From Acidobacteriota bacterium (GTDB lineage Bacteria; Acidobacteriota; UBA890; WLXD01), in contig CBDFKD010000002.1 in assembly GCA_965248695.1 (NCBI GenBank), forward strand, positions 5,408,001 through 5,472,000: 64,000 nt of DNA, in the 5' to 3' direction. Numbering within the stretch: the first letter of the stretch is position 1; each line of letters opens with the position of its first letter. The notes beneath the pieces are model-generated. The model did no database searches. It was not told the DNA's origin and saw only the letters and a list, made by a program, of their open reading frames with translations. This document shows, piece after piece, positions 32,259-42,303 of the stretch. The position numbers and the translations under genes were made by a program.

Positions 32259-32885
32259 ATGGCGATCCACTACGTCCAGATCGAGCCCCGGCACGCGGCC
32301 GCCTGCGCCGCGATCGAACGCCGCGCCTTCCCTGGCCTCAGCGGCTACGATCTGCTCACCGAGGAGGACATTCGCTTCTATTGCGACGTCTTTCCAGATG
32401 GGGGCTTCGTCGCCCTCGATGGGGGAGAACCGGTAGGCATGGGGCTCGGGATCTTTCTCGATGTCGATCTCGACGACGCGGCCCACTCACTCGAGGACCT
32501 CGCCGGCGAGCACCAGTGCGCCAACCATGACCCGGATGGCGACTGGTACTACGGAATCGACATCAGCGTGCTGCCCGAAGCTCGTGGGCGCGGCATCGGT
32601 AGCGAGCTCTACCGACTCCGCAAGAACGTCGTTCGGAAAACCAACCGGCGCGGGATCGTGGCCGGCGGCGTCATTCCGGGCTACGCTGATCACATCGACT
32701 CGATGAGCGCCGATGAGTACATCCGGCGAGTCTCGGCCGGCGAGCTACACGATCCGACCCTGTCCTTTCAGATCGCCCGCGGCTTCCGGGCTCAGGCGGC
32801 AATCCCCGACTACATGGGGGACGCGACGGTCGGCAACTGGGCCGTACTGATCGTGTGGGACAACCCTGATTATCGCTCGCTTTGA
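32259..32885 (+). CDS. GNAT-family N-acetyltransferase
   Basis: SVLPEARGRGIG acetyl-CoA motif; IPGY and DPTLSFQ. Confidence 0.85.
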   Translation: MAIHYVQIEPRHAAACAAIERRAFPGLSGYDLLTEEDIRFYCDVFPDGGFVALDGGEPVGMGLGIFLDVDLDDAAHSLEDLAGEHQCANHDPDGDWYYGIDISVLPEARGRGIGSELYRLRKNVVRKTNRRGIVAGGVIPGYADHIDSMSADEYIRRVSAGELHDPTLSFQIARGFRAQAAIPDYMGDATVGNWAVLIVWDNPDYRSL

Positions 32886-32891
32886 GCTACA

Positions 32892-34547
32892 TTAGCGACG
32901 TGGGGAACCATCTACGGAGAGGTAGCCCTGGCGTCGCAGCACGATTCCAGCCCGCTCGTCGGTCGGCTCGCCATCCCGCAGCGCCAGCCGTCCGTTGACC
33001 GCGACATGCACTAGCCCCTCCGAGTACTGGTGAGGTTCAGTGTAGGTGGCGCGGTCGGTGATCCGCTCGAGATCGAAAACCACGAGGTCGCTGAACGCGC
33101 CGGCCCGGATGACGCCGCGGTCGGCAATTCGAAAGACGGCCGCCGGCAGGCTGGTCATGCTACGGATCGCCGCCGGCAGCGTCACGAATCCCTCATCGAT
33201 CGCATACTTCCTGATCTTGCGCGGATACGTGCCATAGGAGCGGGGATGCGGCCTGCCCACGCCGAACGGCGGCAACCCGCCATCGGAAGAGGTCATCGTC
33301 CATGGTTGCACCATCAGGCGGCGCAGGTCATCGGTGTGCATGTTGAACGAGATCACCGAGCCCGGTAGGCCGCCGCTGATGATCTCGATCGCCACGTCGA
33401 CCGGGTGCTCGCCCTGCTGATCGGCCAGCGACTGCAGCGTACGCCCTTCCATGTCCGGGCCACCGCCGGTGAACTGGATCCGATCTGCGCCGCCGCGGCG
33501 CGCCAGGTTGTCGATCATCGCCTCTCGGATCCGCGCCCGGGTATCTCGATCGGCGAATCGCCGCTCCTGCTCTTCGCTGCCACCGGCCTGCGACCAGCGC
33601 GGCAGGAGCGCTGCGGACAACCCCGTGCTCGAGGCCTCATAGGGGTACTGGTCGGCGTACATCTCCACACCCTCGGCTCGCGCCGCCTCGATTCGCTCGA
33701 CCATGATCTCCGATTCGCCCCAGGCGTTGGGACCGAGCGCCTTGATGTGGGTCACGACACCCGGGATGGCCGCCTCGCGCGCCACCCGGATGACCTCGTC
33801 CACCGCAGCGACGACGCCGATTGTGTAGTCGGCCTCATCGCGAATATGCGCCGCGTAGACGCCGCCTGAGGCGGCGACGACCTGCGCCAACTCGATCACC
33901 TCTTCGAGCTCCGCGTAGCTGCCAGGCGTGTAGAACAAACCGCTGGAGAGGCCGAACGCTCCCGCCTCCATGGCGGCGCTGACGATCGATCTCATGCGAC
34001 CCAGCTCCACCGCCGTGGGCGCCCGATCGGCCATCCCGAGCACCTCCCCGCGCACGCTCCCGTGTCCAATCATCTGGGCGACGTTGACTCCTGAGCCGTG
34101 AGCCATCAGGGCGTCGCGCTGCGCCTCGACGTCGACATCGCCACCGCCATCCGGATTGATCACCACCGTGGTCAGACCCTGGTACAGGAGCGTCGCAGCG
34201 CCGCTGCGCTCTTCGCTAGCCAGACCGGCGGCGGCATGTGAATGGGCGTCGATGAAGCCCGGTGCCACGTAGAGACCGGTGGCGTCGATCTCGATAGCGG
34301 CGGTAGCGGCGGACAGGTCGCCGACGGCGACAATGCGCTCACCGCGAACGCCGATATCCACCCGCCTCCAGGGATTGCCGCTGCCATCGAACACGCGACC
34401 ACCACGAATCAACAGACCCAGCGAGTCTCTGCTCTGGGGCAACTCGAGCGGCGCCCCGCCGACAACCGCGGCATCGCCGACTGCGAGCAGCAGACAACCC
34501 AGTATCGAGAGACCGATCTGTCGCCGGCGTGCGGCTCGAGCGGCCAC
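32892..34547 (-). CDS. Exported N-acyl-D-amino-acid deacylase family amidohydrolase
   Basis: PGFIDAHSH, SSGLFYTPG, HIRDE, DQYPY, SSDG, HPRSYGTYPR. Confidence 0.9.
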   Translation of the reverse strand: MAARAARRRQIGLSILGCLLLAVGDAAVVGGAPLELPQSRDSLGLLIRGGRVFDGSGNPWRRVDIGVRGERIVAVGDLSAATAAIEIDATGLYVAPGFIDAHSHAAAGLASEERSGAATLLYQGLTTVVINPDGGGDVDVEAQRDALMAHGSGVNVAQMIGHGSVRGEVLGMADRAPTAVELGRMRSIVSAAMEAGAFGLSSGLFYTPGSYAELEEVIELAQVVAASGGVYAAHIRDEADYTIGVVAAVDEVIRVAREAAIPGVVTHIKALGPNAWGESEIMVERIEAARAEGVEMYADQYPYEASSTGLSAALLPRWSQAGGSEEQERRFADRDTRARIREAMIDNLARRGGADRIQFTGGGPDMEGRTLQSLADQQGEHPVDVAIEIISGGLPGSVISFNMHTDDLRRLMVQPWTMTSSDGGLPPFGVGRPHPRSYGTYPRKIRKYAIDEGFVTLPAAIRSMTSLPAAVFRIADRGVIRAGAFSDLVVFDLERITDRATYTEPHQYSEGLVHVAVNGRLALRDGEPTDERAGIVLRRQGYLSVDGSPRR

Positions 34548-34548
34548 G

Positions 34549-36165
34549 CTACTGCGGCAGCCCTTCGCCGGGCAGGGGCGGCGTGTGCACCGGATCGCGG
34601 CGCGCGCTGGTCAATTGCTCGAAGGCGTAGCCCAGCGCCAGCAGCTTGGCCTCGGTGAAGGCCGTGCCCATGAACGACAGGTTCACCGGCAAGCGGTTGC
34701 TGGTGAACCCCGCCGGCACGCTGAGGTCCGGGAACCCCGTGAGGTTGGCGATGTTGGTCACCGACCTGCCGCCGCCGCCGCTGCTGCCTTCCACCAGGCC
34801 CGGCCGCGTCGGCCGCGTCGGGTAGACGATGGCGTCGAGCTCGGCTTCGGCGAACGCGCCTTCGACCATGGTGCGCACCATGGCCAGGCCGTGATCTTTG
34901 ACGGCGAGATACTCGCTGTCGGTCACCTCGCCGCTCTCCTCTTCCCGCTGCATGAGCGCCCAACGCGTCGGGTTCGGCTGCGCCCCGTATTCCGTTCGCG
35001 ATGTGATCTTCTGCGAGCGCTCGATGAGCTCCGCGAGCGACTTCGGGTATTCCTCTCCCAACGTGCTCAGGTACTCGGCGATTTGCACCCTGAACTCACG
35101 CCAGCGGATCGTCGTGTACATATCGCCGCGGGCTGCCAACAGCCAGGCGGGGAACGTCACATCGACGACCTCCGCACCGGCATCGCGGAGCGCCTGCAGC
35201 GACGCCTCGACAACCCAGTCGACCTCCTGATCCTGGCCCAAGAAGTCGCGCGCGATACCCACCCTGGCTCCTTCCAACGCCTGCGGATCGAGCGCCGCCG
35301 TGTAGTCCCCGGTGACCTTGCCGACGCTCTTGAGCGTCGAGTCGTCATCGGGATCGACGCCAGTCATGACGCTGAGCATGGCGGCGACGTCATGGACGTG
35401 CCTGCCCATCGGACCCGCGGTGTCAAACGACAGCCCGAGCGGCACGATCCCATCGCGACTGAGGAGACCGTGGGTGGTCTTGAGCCCGACGATTCCGTTC
35501 GCGGCGGAGGGGCCGCGAACCGAGCCGCCGGTGTCGGTGCCGATGCCGACCTGCCCGAATCCCGCCGCGATGGAAACGCCGGTGCCCCCAGAGGAACCCG
35601 ACGGGGTGCGCGTCAGGCTGTGCGGGTTGAGGGTGTAGCCACCGATCGAGCTCATCGGCACGCCCGAGGCGAACTCGCTCATGTTCACCTTCGCCAGGAT
35701 GATCGCGCCAGCGGCCCGCAGCTTCTGCACGATGAAGGCATCGTCCGGTGGAATCGACCCGGCTAGCAGCACCGACCCAGCGGTGGTCGGCATGTCATGG
35801 GTATCGACGTTGTCTTTCAGCACCACAGGAATCCCGTGCATTGGCGAGCGCGGGCCGGTCTCGCGGCGCTCACGATCGAGCGCTCGTGCCGTCTCGAGCG
35901 CGTCCCGATTCGGCCATAGGATGGCGTTGAGCTCCGGGCCACCGGTGTCGTAGGCCTCGATTCTCGCCAGGTACTGCTGCACCAGCGCCTCCGCGGTGAG
36001 CGTACCGGCGTCGAAAGCGGCGTTGATGTCGGCGACGGAAGCCGCCGAGAGGCTGAGCGTCTGCGCCGTTGCTGTCGCGGGCACGTTGAGCCCGATCGAA
36101 AGGGCCGCCAGCGTCGCGATCGACAGCGCCGAGCGGCCGCGGGCGGAAATGTAGCGTGGTCGCAT
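34549..36165 (-). CDS. Exported amidase (amidase signature family)
   Basis: Signal peptide; GIPVVLKDN, SGSSGG, GTDTGGSVRGP. Confidence 0.92.
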   Translation of the reverse strand: MRPRYISARGRSALSIATLAALSIGLNVPATATAQTLSLSAASVADINAAFDAGTLTAEALVQQYLARIEAYDTGGPELNAILWPNRDALETARALDRERRETGPRSPMHGIPVVLKDNVDTHDMPTTAGSVLLAGSIPPDDAFIVQKLRAAGAIILAKVNMSEFASGVPMSSIGGYTLNPHSLTRTPSGSSGGTGVSIAAGFGQVGIGTDTGGSVRGPSAANGIVGLKTTHGLLSRDGIVPLGLSFDTAGPMGRHVHDVAAMLSVMTGVDPDDDSTLKSVGKVTGDYTAALDPQALEGARVGIARDFLGQDQEVDWVVEASLQALRDAGAEVVDVTFPAWLLAARGDMYTTIRWREFRVQIAEYLSTLGEEYPKSLAELIERSQKITSRTEYGAQPNPTRWALMQREEESGEVTDSEYLAVKDHGLAMVRTMVEGAFAEAELDAIVYPTRPTRPGLVEGSSGGGGRSVTNIANLTGFPDLSVPAGFTSNRLPVNLSFMGTAFTEAKLLALGYAFEQLTSARRDPVHTPPLPGEGLPQ

Positions 36166-36201
36166 TAGGGTTCTCCCGTGGAGTGCGTGGCGAGACCGGT
36201 T

Positions 36202-36634
36202 TTACAGCGAATCCGGCGTGGTTGCCAGACTGCGCACTTCCACCTGTGGCTCCAGATCCGTCCTGCACAGCGCATGCAGAAAGCAGGTCTGTTCGCTCAT
36301 ATCCAGCGCGGTGCGCGCAAACTCGTCGTCGTTTGGGCTTTCCAAGTAGACGCGCGTCTCTACGGCATCGGCGGTTGCATCGCCGCCGACCTCACAGTTG
36401 GCCGATGCCGACGACATGTAGGTGTCCTGGACGACGCGGCAGTCGCCGAGCGTACGCCTGGCGATCTCGGCATAGCGCCCAAACTGAGTCATGAAGCAGA
36501 ACGCGACGCCGGCGGAGAGATAGCTGGCAGCGTCCGGCGCCCGGCCAGCGCTCCCGCCCAGGCCGCCAGCCCCCGGCGGCGCGTCGGACAGAAACCGGAA
36601 GCTCGACCCGATAGGAGCCAGCAGCGTCTGGTCG
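36202..36634 (-). pseudogene. OsmC-like protein, 5' part missing at the IS end
   Basis: Frame open up to the IS junction: ..FRFLSD..GRAPDAASYLSAGVAFCFMTQ..TCFLHA (two-Cys OsmC pattern). Confidence 0.65.
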
Positions 36635-36700
36635 TGACCTGACCCCCGAAAACGGATCCGGATGTAATCTCACGATCTGGGTCAAGAACGGGAGGTCAGA

Positions 36701-36979
36701 ATGCCGAGTAAGAGGCACAGCGCCGAGCAGATCGTACGCAAGCTCCGGGAGGCTGAGGTGGAGCTGGCTCGAGGGGCGACGGTCAAGGATGCCTGCCGCA
36801 AGCTAGCAATCACCGAGCACACCTACTACCGGTGGCGGCGAGAGTACGGCGGACTGAAGCTCAACCAGGCCAGAAAGCTCAAGCAACTGGAGAAGGAGAA
36901 TGCCCGGCTCAAGAGGCTGGTGGCGGAAAAGGAACTCGACCTGTCGATCCTGAAGGAAGTGGCGGAGGGAAACTTCTGA
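36701..36979 (+). CDS. IS3 transposase OrfA (HTH)
   Basis: EQIVRKLRE, TYYRWRREYGG, LKQLEKENARLKRLVAE. Confidence 0.93.
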   Translation: MPSKRHSAEQIVRKLREAEVELARGATVKDACRKLAITEHTYYRWRREYGGLKLNQARKLKQLEKENARLKRLVAEKELDLSILKEVAEGNF

Positions 36980-37860
36980 GCCCAGCTCGGCGGCGAGAGG
37001 CGGTGGCACATGTACGGGGGCGGCTGGGCGTCTCGGAGAGGCGGGCGTGTCGGGTACTGAAACAACCACGCACGACACACCGGTACGTGCCAAGAGAGCC
37101 GCAACAGGAGCAGATTTTGACGGAGCGGATCGTGGATTTAGCCCGACAGTACGGGCGCTACGGATATCGGAGGGTGACAGCGTTGCTGCGCATGGAGGGC
37201 TGGTCCGTGAACCACAAACGAGTGCAGCGTATCTGGCGGCGCGAAGGGCTGAAAGTACCGAGAAAACAGCCCAAACGAGCACGGCTGTGGCTGAGCGATG
37301 GCTCCTGCATCCGGCTGCGCCCACAGCACCGGGATCATGTCTGGGCGTATGACTTCCTGCACCACCGGACGCACGACGGTCGGGCTATGAGGCTGCTGAC
37401 GATCGTCGATGAGTACACACGAGAAAGCCTGGCGATCCATGTAGCACGGAAGCTCAACTCTGAGGACGTGCTGGAGCAGCTCGGGAGGTTGTTCGTACAC
37501 CGGGGCATACCTGAGCACATCCGGTCGGATAACGGACCAGAGTTCACCGCCGAGGCGGTTCGCGACTGGCTGGGCCGGTTGGGCGTGGGGACGCTGTTCA
37601 TCGAGCCGGGCTCGCCGTGGGAGAACGGTTACGTGGAGAGCTTCAACGGCAAGCTACGCGACGAGCTGCTGGATGGAGAGATCTTCTACACGCTCAAGGA
37701 GGCAAAGGTTCTGATCGAGAGATGGCGTCAGCACTACAACCGCATGCGACCGCACAGCTCGCTGAGCTATCGGCCGCCCGCACCCGAAGCGACGTTGTTG
37801 AAGCCGGCTGCGCTCCGCTTCGCCGGCCTCAACAACCTCTTGTCAGCACCGAGTTACTGA
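36967..37860 (+). CDS. IS3 transposase OrfB (DDE), reached by -1 frameshift
   Basis: Slippery G GGA AAC at 36967-36973; YGYRR, WAYDF, RSDNGPEF, ENGYVESFNG. Confidence 0.92.
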   Translation, partial: GKLLSPARRREAVAHVRGRLGVSERRACRVLKQPRTTHRYVPREPQQEQILTERIVDLARQYGRYGYRRVTALLRMEGWSVNHKRVQRIWRREGLKVPRKQPKRARLWLSDGSCIRLRPQHRDHVWAYDFLHHRTHDGRAMRLLTIVDEYTRESLAIHVARKLNSEDVLEQLGRLFVHRGIPEHIRSDNGPEFTAEAVRDWLGRLGVGTLFIEPGSPWENGYVESFNGKLRDELLDGEIFYTLKEAKVLIERWRQHYNRMRPHSSLSYRPPAPEATLLKPAALRFAGLNNLLSAPSY

Positions 37861-37894
37861 GATAAGACATGGTACTAACCGCGGGGTCAGGTCA

Positions 37895-38360
37895 GCTTCG
37901 CCAGGCCGAAGTCCAACACCTTGGCGTGGCCTTGTCTGGTGACGAAGATGTTCTCCGGTTTCAGGTCACGGTGGATGATCCCGGCAGCGTGAGCCGCAGC
38001 GAGTGCCTCGGCGATCTCGGTTGCCAATCCGAGCGCCTTCTTGAGCGGCAGCGCACCCTTCTGTAGCGGTTCCCGCAGCGTGTCTCCTTCCAGGTACTCC
38101 TGCACCATGAAGTGGGTGCCATCCTCGACGCCCACGTCATGTACGGCTGCGATGTGCGGATGGTTCAGAGCGGCAGCAGCACGGGCCTCCTGCTCGAAGC
38201 GGGCGAGGCGCTCGGGGTCAGAGGCAAACTCGGCGGGCAACACCTTGATAGCCACCTTGCGGCCCAGGCGTGTGTCCTGCGCCAGGTACACCTCTCCCAT
38301 ACCGCCAGCACCGAGCTGCTCGGTGATCTCGTAGGGGCCTAGTTTGGTGCCGGGTTCCAT
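37895..38360 (-). pseudogene. Ser/Thr protein kinase truncated by the IS just after DFG
   Basis: [30 protein letters not shown], then IS end and stop. Confidence 0.88.
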
Positions 38361-38622
38361 GACGCTACCAGAGGGGGGAAAGTGAGCGCCTGAAGCCTAT
38401 CGTCGGAGTGGACGAGGGTCCAAGGGAGCCGGGCCCTTACTAGCGCTGAATGGCCATACGGGAGCCTGTCGGCCGACCTATATATGCGGAGGCGCTTCCG
38501 CCACCCAGACGCTCGTTCGCAGCCTAGTTCGCCCCGGACAGGGACAAAAAGGGGACAATCGGGCCGATTCGGTCGAATCGCGCCGATCCACTGATCCCCC
38601 CAAGTCCTTGAATTTAAACAAG

Positions 38623-38705
38623 TGCCGGGGCTGGGACTCGAACCCAGACGGCCTAGGGCCAGCGGATTTTAAGTCCGCCGCGTCTGCCAATTTCGCCACC
38701 CCGGC
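38623..38705 (-). tRNA. tRNA-Leu (anticodon TAA), CCA not encoded
   Basis: GCCGGGG/CCCCGGC acceptor stem, D-loop AATTGGCAGA, anticodon arm GCGGA-CTTAAAA-TCCGC, long variable arm, GGTTCGAGTCC. Confidence 0.95.
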
Positions 38706-38854
38706 ATGATCTATTAATCGTCCAATATCAGTACTAGATTCCTGATGGTGCTGATGTCGGACACGATGTACGTGAGTGGTCAAGAGCGCGCCTGTACTTC
38801 ACCGATCTGTTACAGGTTCTGCGCGTAAGTCAGCAAATCGAGAAACAGCACACG

Positions 38855-39766
38855 ATGACGAAACTCCTGCGCGAGCCGCTGTTGCATTTCCTGCTGTTGG
38901 GAGCGGCGATGTTCGGTGCTTACCAGTTGGTCTCCGATGCCCGATTCTCCGGCAACCAGCCTCTGGAAGAAATCGTCATCACGGAGGGCCACATCGATGC
39001 GCTGATTCTGGAATTCGAGAGCGTCTGGCAACGCCCGCCCACCGAACAGGAACTGGATGGCCTGGTACAGGCCCACATTCGTGAAGAGGTCATGTACCGC
39101 GAGGCGCTGGCTATGAGCCTCGATCGTGACGACACCATCATCCGGCGGCGTTTGCAACAGAAGCTGGCGTTTCTAACCGAAGATATCGCCAGCCTGGAGG
39201 AGCCCACCGAGGCCGAACTGGAGGCGTTTCTGGCAACAAATCAGGAACGCTTCCGTGAGCAGACTCGCTTCAGTTTCGAGCAGGTCTATTTCAATGTCAG
39301 CGAGCGTGGCCCCTCGGCTGGGGCAGACGCAGAATTGCTGTTAGCTGAACTGAGAACGCCTAGTGCTACGGGGCCTGGTGAAGACTCCGATTCCAGTGTC
39401 GATACGGCGCTACTGGGCGATCAATTATTGCTGTCGCAGTTCAACGAGGCCTATGAGCGCGAGGTACTGCGTGCCATGGGAAGCCAGTTTCTAGAGGGAC
39501 TTCAATCCTTGCCAGTTGGCAGCTGGCAGGGACCCATTGAATCCGGCTTTGGCCTACACCTGGTCAAGCTCAGTGAACGGATTGAAGGCATCGTTCCTCC
39601 GCTTGGGGATATTCGCGACCTCGTGTCACGGGATTGGATCTCCGCGAAACGCGAACAGACCAACGAAGCTTCCTATGCCGCCTTGCGTGAGCGCTATGTT
39701 GTGACGCTTGCCGAACCGACTGCATCCGACTCGAGCACTGTCGCCGCACGGTCCCGCGAGAATTAG
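38855..39766 (+). CDS. Rotamase-like (PPIase) membrane-anchored protein
   Basis: LREPLLHFLLLG, REEVMYREA, DTIIRRRL.QK, WQGPIESGFGLHLV. Confidence 0.85.
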   Translation: MTKLLREPLLHFLLLGAAMFGAYQLVSDARFSGNQPLEEIVITEGHIDALILEFESVWQRPPTEQELDGLVQAHIREEVMYREALAMSLDRDDTIIRRRLQQKLAFLTEDIASLEEPTEAELEAFLATNQERFREQTRFSFEQVYFNVSERGPSAGADAELLLAELRTPSATGPGEDSDSSVDTALLGDQLLLSQFNEAYEREVLRAMGSQFLEGLQSLPVGSWQGPIESGFGLHLVKLSERIEGIVPPLGDIRDLVSRDWISAKREQTNEASYAALRERYVVTLAEPTASDSSTVAARSREN

Positions 39767-39779
39767 GCAGTGGCTGACG

Positions 39780-40820
39780 ATGAATAGATCCCTGCTCGTC
39801 GCCTTGCTCATGCTGCTGTCCGTTGGAACGGTGCAGGCAGACGAGTACCGCCCGGCATTTCTGGAGCTGCGGCAGTCCAGTGACGAAGTCTTCGAGGTGT
39901 TGTGGAAGGTGCCGGCCGTGGGTGATCGACCTCTAGGCCTCCATGTGAGATTCCCGGCCGATGTCGACACGGTCAGTACCGTACGCGCTTCTATGATCGG
40001 CAGCGCCTACATCGAGCGCTATTCGATCAGTAGGAGTGGTGGCCTGGCCGGCTCAGAAATTGCGATCGAAGGCTTATCTGCGGCATCTACCGAGGTGCTG
40101 GTGCGCATCGAACGGCTGGACGGCACCACCATCGTTGCCCGACTGCTCGCTGCCAATCCTTCCTTCGTAGTGGGCGAATCTCTATCGCGCTTGGAGGTGG
40201 CACGGACCTACACGGTGTTCGGGATCGAACACATCTTGGGTGGGATGGATCATTTGCTGTTTATCGCCTGCCTGGTGCTGATCGCAGGCACCGGGCACCG
40301 CATCCTGATCACCATCACCGGCTTTACTCTTGCTCATTCCATTACCCTGACGCTGGCCGCCCTGGGCTTGGTGCGGTTGCCGATACCTCCAATCGAGGCG
40401 GTCATCGCACTCTCTATCGTGTTCCTGGCGCGAGAGATCGCGCTGCAGCGGCGCGACACGCTGACCTGGCGTTATCCCATCGCGGTGTCGGCATCGTTCG
40501 GTTTGTTACATGGTTTCGGTTTTGCCACAGCGTTGAGTGAGGTCGGGCTTCCGCAGACGGAAGTTCCAGCCGCGCTGCTGGCGTTCAATGTCGGCGTCGA
40601 AATTGGTCAGATTCTGTTTGTCGGGGTGATCATCGCGACTGTCTGGGTCATCACGTCGATACTAGGAACGTTGGGCTTTATTGGCACGGCCAACTCGAGA
40701 CAGGTTGCGGAACTCGAGCCGCTCGACTGGCTGCGACGAATTGAAAAGCCGCTGGCTTATACCGTCGGTGGCATCACGAGTATCTGGACCGTGGAACGCA
40801 TCATGGTTTTCTGGAGCTAA
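39780..40820 (+). CDS. HupE/UreJ-family membrane protein with periplasmic N-domain
   Basis: Signal peptide; GIEHILGGMDHLLF, FTLAHSITL, FGLLHGFGFA, AFNVGVEIGQ. Confidence 0.88.
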   Translation: MNRSLLVALLMLLSVGTVQADEYRPAFLELRQSSDEVFEVLWKVPAVGDRPLGLHVRFPADVDTVSTVRASMIGSAYIERYSISRSGGLAGSEIAIEGLSAASTEVLVRIERLDGTTIVARLLAANPSFVVGESLSRLEVARTYTVFGIEHILGGMDHLLFIACLVLIAGTGHRILITITGFTLAHSITLTLAALGLVRLPIPPIEAVIALSIVFLAREIALQRRDTLTWRYPIAVSASFGLLHGFGFATALSEVGLPQTEVPAALLAFNVGVEIGQILFVGVIIATVWVITSILGTLGFIGTANSRQVAELEPLDWLRRIEKPLAYTVGGITSIWTVERIMVFWS

Positions 40821-40878
40821 CGTACAACGAATGAAACACGAAGATTCGAACTCCATCAATCGGATTCAGGCGGACGAT

Positions 40879-42270
40879 ATGACCTCTCGACACTTCCTGA
40901 CGCATCGTGCTCTGCTCACGATTTGTTCGACACTGCTGCTGCTCTCCGTTGAGAGCGCGCTTGGACAATGGTCCATACCGGGAGAGCTGCAGGCGCAAGC
41001 GAGTGTGCTGAACGAAGAACAGATCGAGTTCATTACGTCGGGCGAGATACTCAAATACATTCCGGAGCGGCAACTCGAACACGAGCTCGCCACGCGTGAT
41101 GCGGACAGCCTGCGATCTCTGATGGACGACCTGATGTCGCTCGCCGACAAGATGGGGTATGACCCGGAGCGAGACATGGGCGCGGCACCGCTCAACCTCA
41201 CTACAAAGGGTTTCGCAGGGGCCGTTCCTACGCCGGCTTTGTTGCGCGATTTCGAACGCGAGCCGGGTCCGTTCAGGGTGAACCGTTACCTGTTTCCGAA
41301 AACCGGTGTGCCTACGTTTGGTGGCGCCGCCGTTGCTATCTGGCCGGAAGATCTCGTCGCAGGCAGTGTGGACGTGGCGATCGTCGGCGTGCCGAGCAAT
41401 CTGAGCAGCGGCCGGCGCGACGCCAAGAACGGCCCGAACGAAATGCGTGGCCTGAACACCATTGCCATGCCAGATGTGCAATCCCTGGTGAAGCCGTTCG
41501 AAACGCTCTCCGTGGTCGACTACGGTGATTTTGCTGTCGACCGGCTGAGCACAGAAAGAACCGTCAACCACGTTGCCGCCATGGTTGCCGAAACCGCGGG
41601 CACCGGCGCCATCCCGATGCTGGTCGGCGGTGACACTTCCTTGCTCTACCCTGCGGTCAGTGGCGTCGCCGGGGTCCACGGAAGTGGGAGCTTTGGATTG
41701 CTGCACTTCAGCGCCCATCCGGATGTCGAGCGCAACGGTGACCATACGATCTCCGACCGCCAGGCGCTTTTCCTGCTGTTGGACGAGGGCATCGTGGAGG
41801 GCGGCGGAACCATCCTGGTGGGCCTTCGCGGGCCAACGGTCGATACTGACACCCTGCAGTGGCTGCGTGACAAGCGTGTGCGCTACCACACGATGGCTGA
41901 GTTCCGGCAACGCGGATCCGAGGCAGTCATGCAACGGGTACTGCAGGAAGTCGCCACAGGCCCCGACGCCTATTTCGTCTCAATCGATGTCAGCGTCGTG
42001 AATCCTGCCGAGATGGTTGGGGCTGGGCGTGCAACGCACAATGGCTTGCGTCTCGAGGAAGTGACCCAGGCGGTCCGCCATGTGTGCGCGGCGAAACAGA
42101 TCGTCGGTTTCGAGATTACCGACATGGCCCCGATGCTGGATCTCTCCCGACTATCGGTAATGCATGCGAACGCGGTGCTGAATGCCTGCCTGGTCGGCAT
42201 CGCGGTGCGCAAGGCCGGCCTCGACCCGGACTACGTTCATCCCCTGGCACTCGATCATGGGCAGCGATAG
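40879..42270 (+). CDS. Exported ureohydrolase (agmatinase/arginase fold) with degenerate metal site
   Basis: Signal peptide; PTFGG, VVDYGD; ligand motifs altered to GGDTS, FSAHPD, SIDVS. Confidence 0.82.
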   Translation: MTSRHFLTHRALLTICSTLLLLSVESALGQWSIPGELQAQASVLNEEQIEFITSGEILKYIPERQLEHELATRDADSLRSLMDDLMSLADKMGYDPERDMGAAPLNLTTKGFAGAVPTPALLRDFEREPGPFRVNRYLFPKTGVPTFGGAAVAIWPEDLVAGSVDVAIVGVPSNLSSGRRDAKNGPNEMRGLNTIAMPDVQSLVKPFETLSVVDYGDFAVDRLSTERTVNHVAAMVAETAGTGAIPMLVGGDTSLLYPAVSGVAGVHGSGSFGLLHFSAHPDVERNGDHTISDRQALFLLLDEGIVEGGGTILVGLRGPTVDTDTLQWLRDKRVRYHTMAEFRQRGSEAVMQRVLQEVATGPDAYFVSIDVSVVNPAEMVGAGRATHNGLRLEEVTQAVRHVCAAKQIVGFEITDMAPMLDLSRLSVMHANAVLNACLVGIAVRKAGLDPDYVHPLALDHGQR

Positions 42271-42303
42271 ATGCGCCGGGCACACACGAATTGGGGCACT
42301 GTC

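Larger units (their letters stand above)
36635..37894 (+). mobile_element. IS3-family insertion sequence, 1260 bp
   Basis: TG...CA ends with inverted repeat TGACCTGACCCC at 36635 and GGGGTCAGGTCA ending 37894; orfA and orfB inside. Confidence 0.93.
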
